Program-made: the position numbers and the translations under genes
The notes under the pieces: model-generated
Seen by the model: only the letters and a program-made list of their open reading frames with translations
Database searches by the model: none
Told to the model about the DNA's origin: nothing
Assembly: GCF_036321535.1 (NCBI RefSeq)
Contig: NC_087437.1
Span: 61,010,001 to 61,074,000, forward strand
Length of the DNA stretch: 64,000 nucleotides
Reading direction: 5' to 3'
From: Camelus dromedarius
Lineage: Eukaryota
In this document: positions 24,660 through 37,206 of the stretch, piece by piece
Layout of the letters: every line of letters begins with the position of its first letter
Position numbering within the stretch: the stretch's first letter is position 1

Positions 24660-27600
24660 CCCTATACGTATGCTATTATAAAAGTTGTAAAGTTTTGCTA
24701 TTCTCACTTAAATCTTTAATAAATCTATAATTTATTTTTGTATCTGATATGGGACTGGGATCTTATTTTATTTAGCCTCAGGGTCATTGATTGGTTAATC
24801 CATTCTTTCCTTCACTGATCTATAAAATCACTTCTGTCACTGTGTCCATATACGTTTGTGCCTGTTTCTGGACTTCACTCTGTACTCTGTCTATTCCCCC
24901 AAAATACCACACAGTCTTAGTTACTCAACCTTTATAATAATTCTTGATATCTAATGGAGCAAAACTTCCACCTTTTTCTTCTACTTTAAAAGTCTTGACT
25001 ATTGTTGATCCTTTGTTTTTGAATTTTAAAATTATCCATTAAAATATTTGAGAACTTTTGTGAGTTTTTGATTAGAATTAGATTGAATTTATTGATTAAT
25101 GTATAGAAAATTGGCATTTTTATAATAGTGGGTCCTTCTATACATGATTTACTAGATTTCTTTCATTTAATGTCTATCAATAAAGCTTTATCATTTTTTA
25201 AGACCTTGCACATTTTTGTTAAATCTCTACCTATGTATTTTTTTTAGTGTTATTGTGAATGGAGTATTTTTAAAATTAGTTTCAGATTATTTGCTGCTCA
25301 TCTTTAAAAATACATTTTTAAAATGTGCATGTTGGTTTTATATCCAGAAATGTACCTGAACTCTTTTACTGTTCTAAAATTTGTCAGTTTGCTTAGATTT
25401 TCTATGTAAATACTCATATAGTCTATAATGATAACTTTTTCCTTCTTTAAAAACTTTTTATATATTCTTTCTTGTCTTACTGCTAAGGCTTGAACATCTA
25501 GTATATTGTTGAATAGAAATAGTGATAAAATGTATACCTATCTTGTTTTTGACTTCAAATGTTTTTGTTTGTTAAACAAGTTTTTTTAAACTCTTTTTTT
25601 TAGTGGGAGGGTAATTAGGTTTATTTATTTTAACTTTTTTTTTAAATAGAGTTACTGGGGATTGAACCCAGGATGTGAAGTATGTGAAGTACGTGCTCTA
25701 CCACTGAGCTATATCTCCTTCTTATGGCTGAAAAATATTCCATTGTGTGGATGTTCTACCTTTTGATTATCCGTCATCCGTTGATGGACACTTCAGTTGT
25801 TGTGGAAGATGCTGCTGTGAATATCTGTTACAAGTTTTTGTGTGGAAACATGTTTTCATCTCTCTTGTGCACATACCTAGAAGTGGACTTGCTGGATCAT
25901 AAGGTAACCGATTAACCTTTTGAGGAATTGTCAGACTGTTTTCCAAGGCAGCCGTATTGTTTTATATCCCCACCAGGAACTTATGAGGTTCCAGTTTCTC
26001 CACATCCTTGCCAACACTTATCATCATCTGACTTTTCCATTACAGCCACCCTGGGGGTATGAAGTGATGTCTCACGGTGGTTTTGATTTGCATTTCCCTG
26101 ATGGTTAGTGATGTTGAGCAGCTTTTCATGTGCTTATTGGTCATTTGTGTATCTTGTTTGGAGGAATGTCTATTTAAGTCCTTTGTCTATTTTCAAATTG
26201 GGTTGTTGACTTTAAACGTTTTTATTATTAACTATAATGGTGTTTACTCTGTGTTTTTAGTAAACATACTTTATCAGGTGGAGGATGTTTTTTCTCTACC
26301 TAGATTATTAAGGGTTTTTTCAGTTTTGTTTACATTGGTTTAGTTTAATATTATTTCAGCTAACCATAAGTGAGGCTGAACTTTCATTTACTGCTTTGTT
26401 TGTTTTTCAAATTTAGGTTAGCCTAGCCTCTTTAGCTATTTGTCTCTTTTGTTTCTTTCTCTGGAATAATTTTTTTAAATTGAAGTATAGTTGATTTACA
26501 ATATTAAGTTATCTGGAATAATTTTCATAAGTTTGGGATCATCTACTTAACTTTTTTGGTAGAAATCATCTGGGTCTGTTTGTTTGTTTGTGTGGCAGAT
26601 TCAATTTCATTAATCATCATAAGTCTTCTCATAGTTGAGTCAATTTTGCTAAATTACATTTTTCCAGGAAACTGCCATTTATCTATTTCCTAACTCATTG
26701 GCATAGTTGTTGTTCATAATAGTCTCTTATTTTTGAAATCACTGCCATATCTACTATGTCCCTTTTCCCCTTAATCTAATTTGTGAAAGGGTTTAAATTT
26801 TATTTGTTTTTTCAGAGAACTAGCTTTTGGTTTTTTGAATCCTCTCTTTTGTATTTTGTTTTCTATTTTATCGATTTCTAACTTTCCTCTTCAAATTTCC
26901 CTAGGTTAGCCTCTGTTGTTCATTTATTAACTTCTTGATTAGTTATTGAGCTGCTCATTTTCTAGCCTTCTCTAATAGAACCATTTAAGTTTACATACTT
27001 TTTTCCTTTAAGTACTGCTAAAACTGTATTCCACAAATTCTTATATGTATTTCAGTGAAATATTTTCCACTTTCCATTTGTGCCTATCAACTTCCCTTTA
27101 CTCCTCCAGACCCACTCACTTGCTCTCCCTTCCACGCTGCTCTCTGCCCAATAGGCTGCTGTGTCCTCTGTCTTCCAATTGGATTCTGCCAGTGGAAGTT
27201 CCTGGCAGGAGATGGAAGAGAGGAGGAGGGGGAGGTCAGGGTATTTTTTACTGCTGGTCTTTTCTCTGTGAGTTTGCCTGAGGCTGGTTACATCCCTTGA
27301 CAGAAGGTCACTGCTTCTTAAAAGATGGCCTGCTTTACAAATAAGATTCTCCTTTGGTATTCCAGTAAATCCCTCTCTCCTATCCCTTTAGACCTAAAGG
27401 TTGTGATGTTCTACCGTTGCTAGTCCCAGATCCTCCACTGTCCCTAGATTCCCATATATCCCACTCACATCTTTAAAATGTGTTCCTTTAAAAATCATTT
27501 GCCTGACCATCTGTTACCTTTGGGGACCCTAAATGATACACCATTTTTATTTTGCTTTTGGCCCATGACTTATTTAGCACTTTGTTTTTAATTTCCAAGT

Positions 27601-28150
27601 ATGTGAGATTTTTTTTTAAAAAGTTATTCTTTTAAAACTAATTTCTAATTTAACTAATCAATATTTAGAGAACATGTTCCATATTATAATGATTCTTTGA
27701 CATTTGTTGAGAATTGCTTTGTGGTCAATTTTTATTTTGTTCCACAGGTGCTTGAATAGAATATGTATTGTCTGTATCTTTATTACTTTTGCCTGAGAGA
27801 TGGAGGTTGTAAAATTGTATATTTGTCATTTGTCATTTCTTCTTTAAACATTTTTTTTCAGTACACTTGACACCATGTTATTAGGTCCATACAGATTTAG
27901 AATTATTTTATCTTCCTGGTGATTTGTTCTTTTTGTCATTATATAGTGACCCCCTTCATCTCTAATGATACATTTTGCTTTAAAGGCTATTTTATCTGAA
28001 ATGAATGTAGCTACTCCACCTTTCATTTCCTAAATACTACCTCTGTGTGTTTTTTTCATTTTTCCCTTAATATTTCTTTATCCTTATGTTTTAGATATGT
28101 CTTGTATCAACAGCATATTGTTGGATTTTTAAAAAAATGTAATCTAATTA
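24660..28150 (-). mobile_element. Fragmented old L1M(E) sequence with nested younger inserts (SINE, L1M piece at ~25720-26210, LTR33-like piece at ~27100-27540)
   Basis: T-rich antisense L1 ORF2 motifs throughout, e.g. ctagtatattgttgaatagaaatagtga and ttttgatttgcatttccctgatggttagtgatgttgagca. Confidence 0.7.
25594..25718 (-). mobile_element. Vic-1-type SINE (long form)
   Basis: gggagggtaattaggttt ... ctggggattgaacccagg ... gctctaccactgagctata. Confidence 0.85.
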
Positions 28151-29498
28151 TCTTTAAAAAATACTGTCATTTTGCTTTACAATCAAAGTATAGTATATTT
28201 ATCTAGGATTCAAAGGATTTGGATTCCAGGCTCTACCTTACCAAGTGTGACCTTGAACAACTCTCTTAAACTCTTTGAATCTCAGGACAGCAGTAATAAA
28301 ATACAACTGTTGAATCAGATTACCTTGAATATCCCCTCTAGCTCATTTACTCTGTCATTCCCTTAAATTACAGTAACATGTTATAAATTGATTTGAGACT
28401 GGGAGCCTTAAAACCAGACCTAAAAACAAAAACAAAATCCTAGTGTAATTTGGCGAAAGAATTCAAATAGTAACTGACATTTAGCTTTGGGTTATTTGCT
28501 CTGTACTGTTTTATTTTCCATTATTTAATGTATAATGTTTTTGCAGTTTAATTTTCTTTCTGAGGATAATGTATGTTTTTAAGAAAATATTTTCCATGAT
28601 TTGGGGGATATATTTAAACATTTTCTTGTGATTCTAAAGATCTTCCATATTCTTTCATAATCCCCAAACTCTTTTCAAGGTTTTGTTATTAATTTGCTGA
28701 CTCCTTTTCTTTTAGCTTATTTTTTAAATTTCTACAAAATCTTTTTTAGAGTTGTGGATGCCACAATCTTCACTTTTTCATAAGATTTATCTAAAAACCA
28801 CATCAGTATATCTGAACCCTAAGACCTTGGAAATAAACATACAGATCTCATTGTTAGCCTCTTCATTTAATGGAGGTGCAGGAATAATTGTATCTAGTTT
28901 TTGTAGTCAATGGTGTTGGACTATTTTATTTGGAGTCCGATTTTGCATAGTTGGCTACAGTGACACAGACTTTAGGATTAAGGCCTTTAGGAAGGATGAT
29001 GTCACACTGTTTCTTGCTCTGGTTTTCCCTTCCTTTTTTTGCACCTCTGGGTCAATATGTACCAAACAGCTTCCCCAACCCGCAACTGGGTCCTAGGTTT
29101 CCTCAACCCTCGTAGAGCATTGTAGCAACCTGGGAGGTTTGTCATTTAACTGACAATACTTTTGATTAGGAGACTGCTTTCTTATACACCAATCATATAA
29201 CCCTATGGTTACTTTGATTTGACTTGGTTATTTTTAAATTCACCTCAATAGTGCATTTACAGGTGCTTTGGATGGGTCATTTCTCCAGAGGACTCATCTT
29301 TTATTGGGCCATTTTCCTGTGTAGATGCAAAATATGTGGGTGGGAGGTGGGAGGCTAGAACCTAAATTGAGTCTCTTTAATTTTATCCTCATGGTGGGGA
29401 TCATCAGGATTGAATGTACTCCTATAATTGTTTTCTTTAAAGTACTTTAAACCATATACATAACATACTCATATTATATTTTTTAAAACTAAAGGATA

Positions 29499-29644
29499 GG
29501 GGGAGGGTATAGCTGAAAGTGGTACTGCACATGCTTAGCATGCACGAGGTCCTGGGCTTAATCCCTAGTACCTCCTCTAAAAATAAATAAATAAATAAAC
29601 CTAATTACCTCCCTCCCCTCTTCTCCTCCCCAAAACCCTAAAAA
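29499..29644 (+). mobile_element. Vic-1-type SINE (long form)
   Basis: GGGGGAGGGTATAGCT ... AAACCTAATTACCTCCC; TAAAGGATA at 29490-29498 and 29645-29653 as a TSD. Confidence 0.88.
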
Positions 29645-30189
29645 TAAAGGATAAAAGAATCCCTCAAAGTCCCCTTTCACCACCCCCTCCTTGCTCCCCT
29701 CTCTAGAGGTAACCATTATATTTGAGGACACCTTTCCAGTGACCTTTCTATACATTTCTTTCCTATATTGTGTATACTTATATACATTTCTTCTTTACAT
29801 AAATGACATCTCATTTTATAGGTGAGGAAACTGAGACCTTAAGAGGAGATGTGTTGACGTATTTATTGAAGGAAAGCGGACTGGACAATCGTTTATTAAA
29901 ACCTACTATGTATCAGACTCTGAGCCCTGTGCTTTATTGGCACGAAGGGTTCTAATAGTTTACTTCTGCTGGACGGGCCAAGCAATTAGTTTAGTGGTTG
30001 GAGAACAGGTGCGAAAGTCGCTTCGGTGCGATGATGTAGGATTTGTATTTTGATGGGAGCTACAGGAAACCTAGCATAGGGCTCCGGAGTTGCAAAAAAG
30101 AAAAAATAAACTGTCATCGGCAGTTGAGTCTGTCAATAAAGCTTATGAAGCTGAAAGACAGGGAATCTACTGCCTGCCAAGCTTGAAGC

Positions 30190-31330
30190 TTCCTTCGGAA
30201 ACCAGGAACCGATATCGCGGTGATATCGGCCTATGAGAGTGGCCTCGGAGCTTGGAAAGGAAGGCAACAGAGGTTGTAAAGAAGGATGCAGCAGCAGGCA
30301 GCAACCGAGCAGCCAACCGGGAGAGCGGAGAGCGCTCCCGAACCGGTCTGGAAGTGCGCCTGCGCTGACCGCCGCGGGGGGGCGGGGTAGGAGGGGCGGA
30401 GCTAGGGGGCGGTCAATGAGCCTGCGCAAACCGTGCGGCGAGGTGGGGGAGGGCGGTCCGTGTGTGTCTGTGTTGTTGTTCGGCGGCAGCGGCGGCGGCG
30501 GTAAGATGGCTGCCCACGGGGGCTCCGCGGCGTCCTCGGCGCTGAAGGGGTTAATTCAGCAGTTCACCGCCATCACCGGTAAGAGACGCGGTTACCGGAA
30601 GGTGGAGAGTAGGGTCTGGAGCGAGCGCCCGGTCTGCCCCGGGCTTCCCTGTACCTTCGTGCATTTCTCCCTCGGGCTTTACCCACGGCTCCCGTCCTCT
30701 CTCCTGAAGAAGAGGCGACGACGGCGTCGGGTCTCCGGGTTCAGGCGGGAGACAGCCCCCCCGCGCACCCCATACCCTCGTTCTCGGTCTTCTCACAGTA
30801 TGGAGGGCGACCTCCCCACCCGTTTTCCCTTTCAGCCTAGACTCAGGGAATGGGCCGAGCCCATCCGCCCCCGTCGGCCCGGGGACCTGGGGGCGGGAGA
30901 GGTGGGGGGCCGCACCCGGGCCACCGCCCTCCTCCTTCATCATCTTCTCCTCTTCTCTGTGCATAGTTGGGGTGCAGCGCATCCCCTCACCTCCTTTTTC
31001 CTTTCTTCCTTGGCCAGGTCATTCTCCCCCCTGTCCCTGGCCTGCCCTTCCCCTTTCTGGGCCCCTCGGAGCCATCGCTGTGGCCCTGGCGTGCTCGGGC
31101 CCTCCCGCCTTAACGGCGAGGTTGGTGGGTTCGGCAGCGCCTTTACGGATCTCCGACGATAGGCCGCCAGAAAGAGGGGGTGGTCAGGAGTACCCTCAAG
31201 ACTGAGGTTCTGAGAGAAGAATGAGGGGGAACCCTCCCCAACCTTAATAGGAAAGGCCTGGAGGAACCCTTGGTGGCGTTTCCCACCTCCCCATAATAAA
31301 ATAATAAAGACTGAGACGATGGCGCCGGGG
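30190..31330 (+). promoter_or_regulatory. UBXN7: CpG island / TATA-less promoter of UBXN7
   Basis: The only CpG-dense region of the window. ETS-like GGAAGTG at 30350-30356, NRF1-like TGCGCCTGCGC at 30355-30365, three GC boxes at 30379-30412, YY1-like AAGATGGC over the start codon. Confidence 0.9.
30506..30578 (+). CDS. UBXN7: UBXN7 coding exon 1 (73 bp)
   Basis: AAGATGG Kozak context; MAAHGGSAASSALKGLIQQFTAIT(G); donor GTAAGA at 30579. Confidence 0.96.
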
Positions 31331-34094
31331 CCTCCTGCTGATAAAATAGCAATGACGGCAGAAACTTCTTTGAGAGAAAACCAGTTTCTGTGTGTCAGTA
31401 TCCCCCAAACCCTCGGTTTTCTTTTGCTTTGGACCCCTGCGAAGGGCACACGCAGATTCTCTTACCGCCTGGAGGAAAGGCCCTTAAGCCATTCTATGAA
31501 TTCTCTGTCTTGTTTCTCTCTGATGGTGCTGAACTTTTTTTGCATGAGTTATTAGAGGGCGGAGCAAATGATGAAGTTCTCTGTGGAGTGATTTGAGAGA
31601 AGAGTACTCCATGTGCCTGATTGTGATTTTGCCGTTCTAGTTTGTCATTTTGGAAGGAGGTCACGATGTTAGTTCCCTCCCTTTAGCAGATCTATACTTT
31701 ACCTGGTAATTTGTTAGATACAGAGAACATTTCCATTTTTAATATATCTGGAGTTTGACGTGCAAGATCTGGTTAGGTAAAATTTTATATTTTAACCACT
31801 ACAGGTTGTTTATGAGTTGCTGGTTTATAGTTAAAGCTAGTTCTGTTTTTTATTTTGCAGTGATAAATGAATGTTGCATTCATTGTCTAGGTTGTGGGCA
31901 TGAAACATCACGTCAAAGTTGGTAGAGGAAAATTTATAATAAAATTGGGATGAGGAATGGGATTATAACTTTTCTTAATATTTTAAAATTTCTGTGATTG
32001 GACTATTATATTAGAGATGTAATTGATTTCCCAATGTCTAAGCAGATCATTATTGGGAAAATTAGAAAATTACTGTGTATATAAGTTAATACTGCTGCAT
32101 TATGTTTGTATAGAATAATCTTTTTAGTGAGTCAGGTATAGAACTAATTATGATTATCTTTTCTTTGGATTTTCTAGAGGTGGTTTAAAATGCCACCTAT
32201 TTAACTCCAGTTTTCATGCTAACTACCACCTCTTCAGGAACTCAGACTGCTTTAGCCTCCTCGCATTATTTCTTCTAACGCAACATTTTTGTTGGATATA
32301 GACAAAACCAAAAATGTGGTTGAGATGATGTGACTCACTTATTTGATTTATTTCTGTGTCTGTTACTCTACATGGCTTGTTTCTTGGTCACAAGTCCTTG
32401 TATTCCTGAATCAAGTTGGAGACCCTCAGTAGACAATGGTATCTGGAAGTGTGCAAGAGAAAGTACCTTAGATTGTTCTTAATGTAGTATGGATTTCTAG
32501 TAATTATTTTTTAACAAGATAGTAATTGATTATTAGAAACACATGATTGACCCCTTCACACATATCCTTTTCACGTATCTTAAGAAATTTGGGGGTTCTG
32601 TCCATATATATTTAAATTGTAATATTTCTGACAAAAAGGTATTTGACATTTGTGCGTTGCCAGATGAAACTGGCCTTAAGAACTTAAGCTCTCATTTCAA
32701 AAAGGTTTTTCTTACTGGGAAGCTCAATATTCTGGTAAAAGTAGTGCATTTTCAAAAATGCGAGGCTTACCTTTTCTGTGGCATTTAGAAGTAGAAGAAA
32801 AAATTGCAAGAATTTTAAGTTTTATTTCTCACTAAATAGAACAAATCTCTTCTCTCTGTAAATGTGTGGTATGTGAGTATGAAGTATGACTTCATATTTA
32901 ATATTTAAATATTAAAGCTAAATTAAATTAAAATAAATTAAAAATTAAGTTAAAAATTAAAAAGATATTTAAAAATATATCACATCACCATGACATAATT
33001 TTGAAAAAAGGAAACACTAATTCATTCTCACAATAGCAATCTTATTTATTTCACATATTACCTTCCAATTCTTATTTACATACTTATTTAATTTCATAAA
33101 TTATTTTAAAATTATTTTTTACATTGTGGATCATAGTATACATAATTTAGAATTCTGAAATTTTCAATTTACTTTATATCATAAACATTTTCCCTATGAT
33201 TAGACTCTTTGATAATCAAATGACCAAGATAAATGATTGTCTTTGAAGTGATCACACAGAGAAGCTATATACCTTTACCATTGGTGCCATTGCATTATAT
33301 GAAGCTACATAGAAAACCAGTCCTGTTACTTTATAGTCTGCCACATTTTGCAATATTACTCAGTTTCATCTCCCTTGATACTCTCAAAGATGGCTTTGAA
33401 TGACTGCTGACTACTTTCAGAAGTCATACCAATTTTCAAAACATGAGAAAGGAACATGCCACTGGATCTAAAGGTAATTCCAAAAGAACAGTGTTTTGAT
33501 TTTTTTTTTTAGAACAGTTTTTTAAATGTTTTGAATCATGGCAGTATCCCATTAACACTAGCTTGGGCTGATATCCAGCCACACACATACAAAATGCACA
33601 GATTAATCAGAATAATTCATGAGATGAGGGATACATAGATGCTATAGAAGAGGTAAAAATAAACAATCAACAGGTAAAGCCAAAATGTGAGGGAATAGAA
33701 AGTGGAGGCCTAGAAGAGTACCAGAGGTTGATAGTATAGAATTCCATAAAGCTTGAATGTACTTAGTGAAATTATGGAACCCCCTTAGCTTAATCCTTCT
33801 TTCAAATCGTTGAATGAATGCATATTTGTTAAAGACATTAGAAACTCTGGTGTTTGTGGTATTTGGCTTTGTGGCCAATTACCATTCATATTCTTTTTGC
33901 ATTTTTCTTGAGTTAGTATTAAGATGTATTTAAAGTTCTCTGTGTCAGGAAAGGTGTTTTCAAGTGTTCTAGATATTAAAAGAAAACTCTTCTGGAATTT
34001 TGAGAACTATTTCAAAGGTGATAATGAAGTCTGAGCAGAAATTTAGGGAGGTGGTACTTTTTTTGGTGAATTGTGAACAGATTCTTAGTAATAA

Positions 34095-34560
34095 ATTCAG
34101 TATTTATTGATACGGCACTATGTGCCAGGCATGGTTAAGATTTTGAGGATACTACCATGAATAAGACATGGTGTATGTCCTCAGAAAACTTAAAGATTAA
34201 CAGGAATACAGACACATAAATATGATAATACATTGGGATAATGGTAAGGAGCTATTATAGTAGCACAAAAGAGGGAGGTCAAGAAAGGCTTCCCAGAAGA
34301 AATAATTTCTTAGCTAAAACCTGGAGGAGAGATGTTTCTCACAGGAGAAATATGTGCAGAAACCTGGAGGAGAGAGGGACAGACTTACACATATATAGAG
34401 ACAAGAAGAGAAAGGCAGTAGTTGAAGGAATTGATGATAATTCCAAATGAATAGAGCATAGCTAGGAGGAGATACAATAAATGGTGCTGAAGAGTTAAGT
34501 GGGCACCAGATTAGGAAGGGCCTTGTAACCCATGTTAAGAAATCTTGGAGTTGTTCTGAA
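34095..34560. mobile_element. L2 LINE relic
   Basis: tatttattgatacggcactatgtgccaggca ... gggccttgtaacccatgttaagaaa. Confidence 0.65.
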
Positions 34561-34716
34561 TTTTATTTTTTGTTGAGGAGGAAGGTAATTAGGATTTATG
34601 TATTTATTTATTTATTTATTCATCCATTCATTCATTTTTAGAGGCAGTACTGGGAATTGAACCCAGGACCCGTGCATGCTAAGCATGTGCTCTGTCACTT
34701 GAGCTATACCCTCCCC
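34561..34716 (-). mobile_element. Vic-1-type SINE (long form)
   Basis: ggtaattagg ... gtactgggaattgaacccaggacccgtgcatgctaagcatgtgctctgtcacttgagctataccctcccc. Confidence 0.9.
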
Positions 34717-35133
34717 GCCTTGGATGAAAAGTTTTAATTAGGGGAGCAACACAGTCAGATTTTCTCAGTACCATACCTTGATAGTGGTGAAGAGACTGTT
34801 CTTTTGGCATTGAAAGTAGTGAAGAGAATAGTATAAGGGACTACTAAAGTTTGGAATGTTTTTTCATTCTTACAGCTGTGGTGGAGACATGGATTGCATT
34901 ACAGGTTTTGGGCTATTTCCTATATCAAGTCATTAATGGAGAGAGTGTGAACTAAGGTAGCAGCAAGGAGATGGCACTGATAAATTGTGTGCCACAAGCT
35001 GGGTAAATAATGCGCTTTGGTGCCATTAGCAAGCTTAAAGCAGAAGGAAGGAAGAAAAGGTAATGGATAAAGAAAGAGTGTATGTGGTGAGAAATAGTAA
35101 AGTGGGACTCCTGCCGTAGCTGCGGATTCCTAG

Positions 35134-35497
35134 GTGTTATAGACTGAATTTTTGTGTCCTCTCCAGAATACATATTTTAAAACCCTAACCTCCAGTGCGA
35201 TGATATTAGGAGATGGGATCTTTGGGAGGTGGTTAGGTCATGAGGATGGAGTCCTTATGAATGGGATTAGTGTCCTTAAAAAAAGAGACCCCAGAGAGCT
35301 GTCTGGCCCTTCAGCCATGTGAGTACACAGTGAGAAGACATTTGTTTATCACACAGGAAACTGGCCTGCATCACACACCAAATCTGCTGGAGCCTTGATC
35401 TTGAACTTCCCAGCCTCCAGAACTGTGAGAAATAAACATTTGTTGTTTAAGCCACCTAATCTGTGGTATTTTTGTTATAGCAGCCCAAACAAAGACA
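35134..35497 (+). mobile_element. MLT1A/B-like MaLR LTR
   Basis: tgttatagactgaat ... ccagcctccagaactgtgagaaataaacatttgttgtttaagccacc ... ttatagcagcccaaac. Confidence 0.88.
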
Positions 35498-35834
35498 TTG
35501 GGTTAGATTAAGCTGTCCTGCTGCTACCTATAATATTGGGACCTCAAAATAAGCCCATTTAAACAGGTTCACAGATAATTTAAATCTGCAAATTTGTTTT
35601 ATTAGATCCCCTTCCCCTTTTGAAAAAGGTATGTTCTTTAATCTGAATGTAATAAGATAGGAGTTCAAAGTTTTTACAGCTGACCCATCAGAAGTTGTTA
35701 TTACCTCTGAGTATACAGGTAAAATTTATAATTTGATTAAATTTATCACTGTTCATTTCATCTGTATCATTTAGCCCTTCTTGCTTTTCCTCTGCTCACT
35801 CAGTTAACTTTCGATTTCTCTATTTAGCTATGCG

Positions 35835-36180
35835 GAAGTGTTGGCATTTTGGCTAGGACAATTTTTTGTTGAGTAGGACTGTTGCATTCATTACAGAAGA
35901 TTTAGCGCTTGTATTAGCTTCCTGTGGCTGCTGTAACAAGTTACCACAAACTGCATGGCTTAACACACATTTATTCTCTTACAGTTCTGGAGGCCAGAAG
36001 TCTGAAATGAAAGTGTGAATAGTCTTTAGAGGACAGGGGCCATTTTCCAGCCTACTAAAGGACCCCAGCTTCTCTCCACTAAATGTCAGTAGTGCCCCCT
36101 ACTCTACAATCATGAAACACCAAAAAAGATCTCTCACAGCACCAAATGCCTCTACTACTTCCTGACATTAAGAATCACTG
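35835..36180. mobile_element. MER20-like hAT element interrupted by an internally deleted MLT1 LTR (~35910-36057)
   Basis: ggcattttggctaggacaattttttgttg ... ccactaaatgtcagtagtgcccc ... ttaagaatcactg surrounds tgtattagcttcctgtggctgctgtaacaagttaccacaaact. Confidence 0.7.
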
Positions 36181-36182
36181 GA

Positions 36183-37090
36183 GACAAATACAAATCATAA
36201 GTACAATGAGGTGTCACCTCGCACTAGTCAGAATGACCATCATTAAAAAGTCTGCAAATAATAAATGCTGGTGAGGATGTGGCGAAAAAGGAACCCTCCT
36301 ACATGGTGGGCATGTGAATTGGTGCCACTATGAACAACAATATGAAGGTTCCTTTAAAAACTAAAAATAGAGTTAGTGTATGATCCTGCAATCCCATCCT
36401 GGGCATATATCTGGGGAAAACTCTTAATTGGAAAAGATACATGCACCCCAAAGTTCAGAGCAGCACTATTTACAATAGCCAAAACATGGAAGCAGCCTAA
36501 ATGTCCATTGACAGATGAATGGATAAAGAATTTGTGAGATACATACACACACACAGCCTATAGCTTAGATTTTAGCACTTAATGTTTAAGTGAGGATTAT
36601 AGATAGATTGGCAATTCTGAGCCTCCAGTGTTGATACCATCTGCCCCCCAAAGAGCATCTGATACCTATATACATATATATCTGTATAATGAACTACTAC
36701 TCAGCCATGAAAAGAATGCAGTAATGCCATTTGCAGCAACATGGATGAACCTAGAGATTATCGTACTAAGTGAAGTCAGACAGAGAAAGACAAATGTCAT
36801 ATGATACTACCTACATATGGAACCTAAAAAAATAATGTAAATAAACTTACTTACAAAACAGACAGACTCACAGACATAGAAAACAAATTTATGGTTACCA
36901 AAGGGGGAAAGAAGGGGAGGGATAATTTAGGAGTTTGGGATTAACACATACACACTACTGTATATAAAACAGATAAATAAAAAGGACCTACTGTATAGCA
37001 TGGGAAACTATATGCAATATCTTGTAATAACCTATAATGGAAAAGAACCTGGAAAAGACTATAGACACACACACATACATACACATGTAT

Positions 37091-37151
<61 letters not shown>

Positions 37152-37206
37152 TGCTGTACATCTGAAACTAACACAACATTGTAAATTATTCTTCAATTTA
37201 AAAAAA
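36183..37206 (+). mobile_element. 5'-truncated L1 (ORF2 end plus 3' UTR) with internal (TA)n
   Basis: Typical L1 3' sequence; TSD AAGAATCACTGGA (36170-36182) / AAGAACCACTGGA (37207-37219). Confidence 0.92.
37104..37147. repeat. (TA)n microsatellite
   Basis: About 21 perfect units inside the L1 3' UTR. Confidence 0.95.

Noticed and set aside
30233..31162. 309-aa ORF, implying a 91-aa N-terminal extension of UBXN7
   Set aside because: The upstream ATG is in frame but lies upstream of the GC-box/NRF1 core promoter and has a weak Kozak context. The rest is intron read-through in stop-poor GC-rich DNA. CAGE showing a TSS before 30233 would reopen this.
30551..31449. Minus-strand ORFs of 143 and 169 aa in the CpG island
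   Set aside because: Expected in GC-rich sequence; no recognisable protein.
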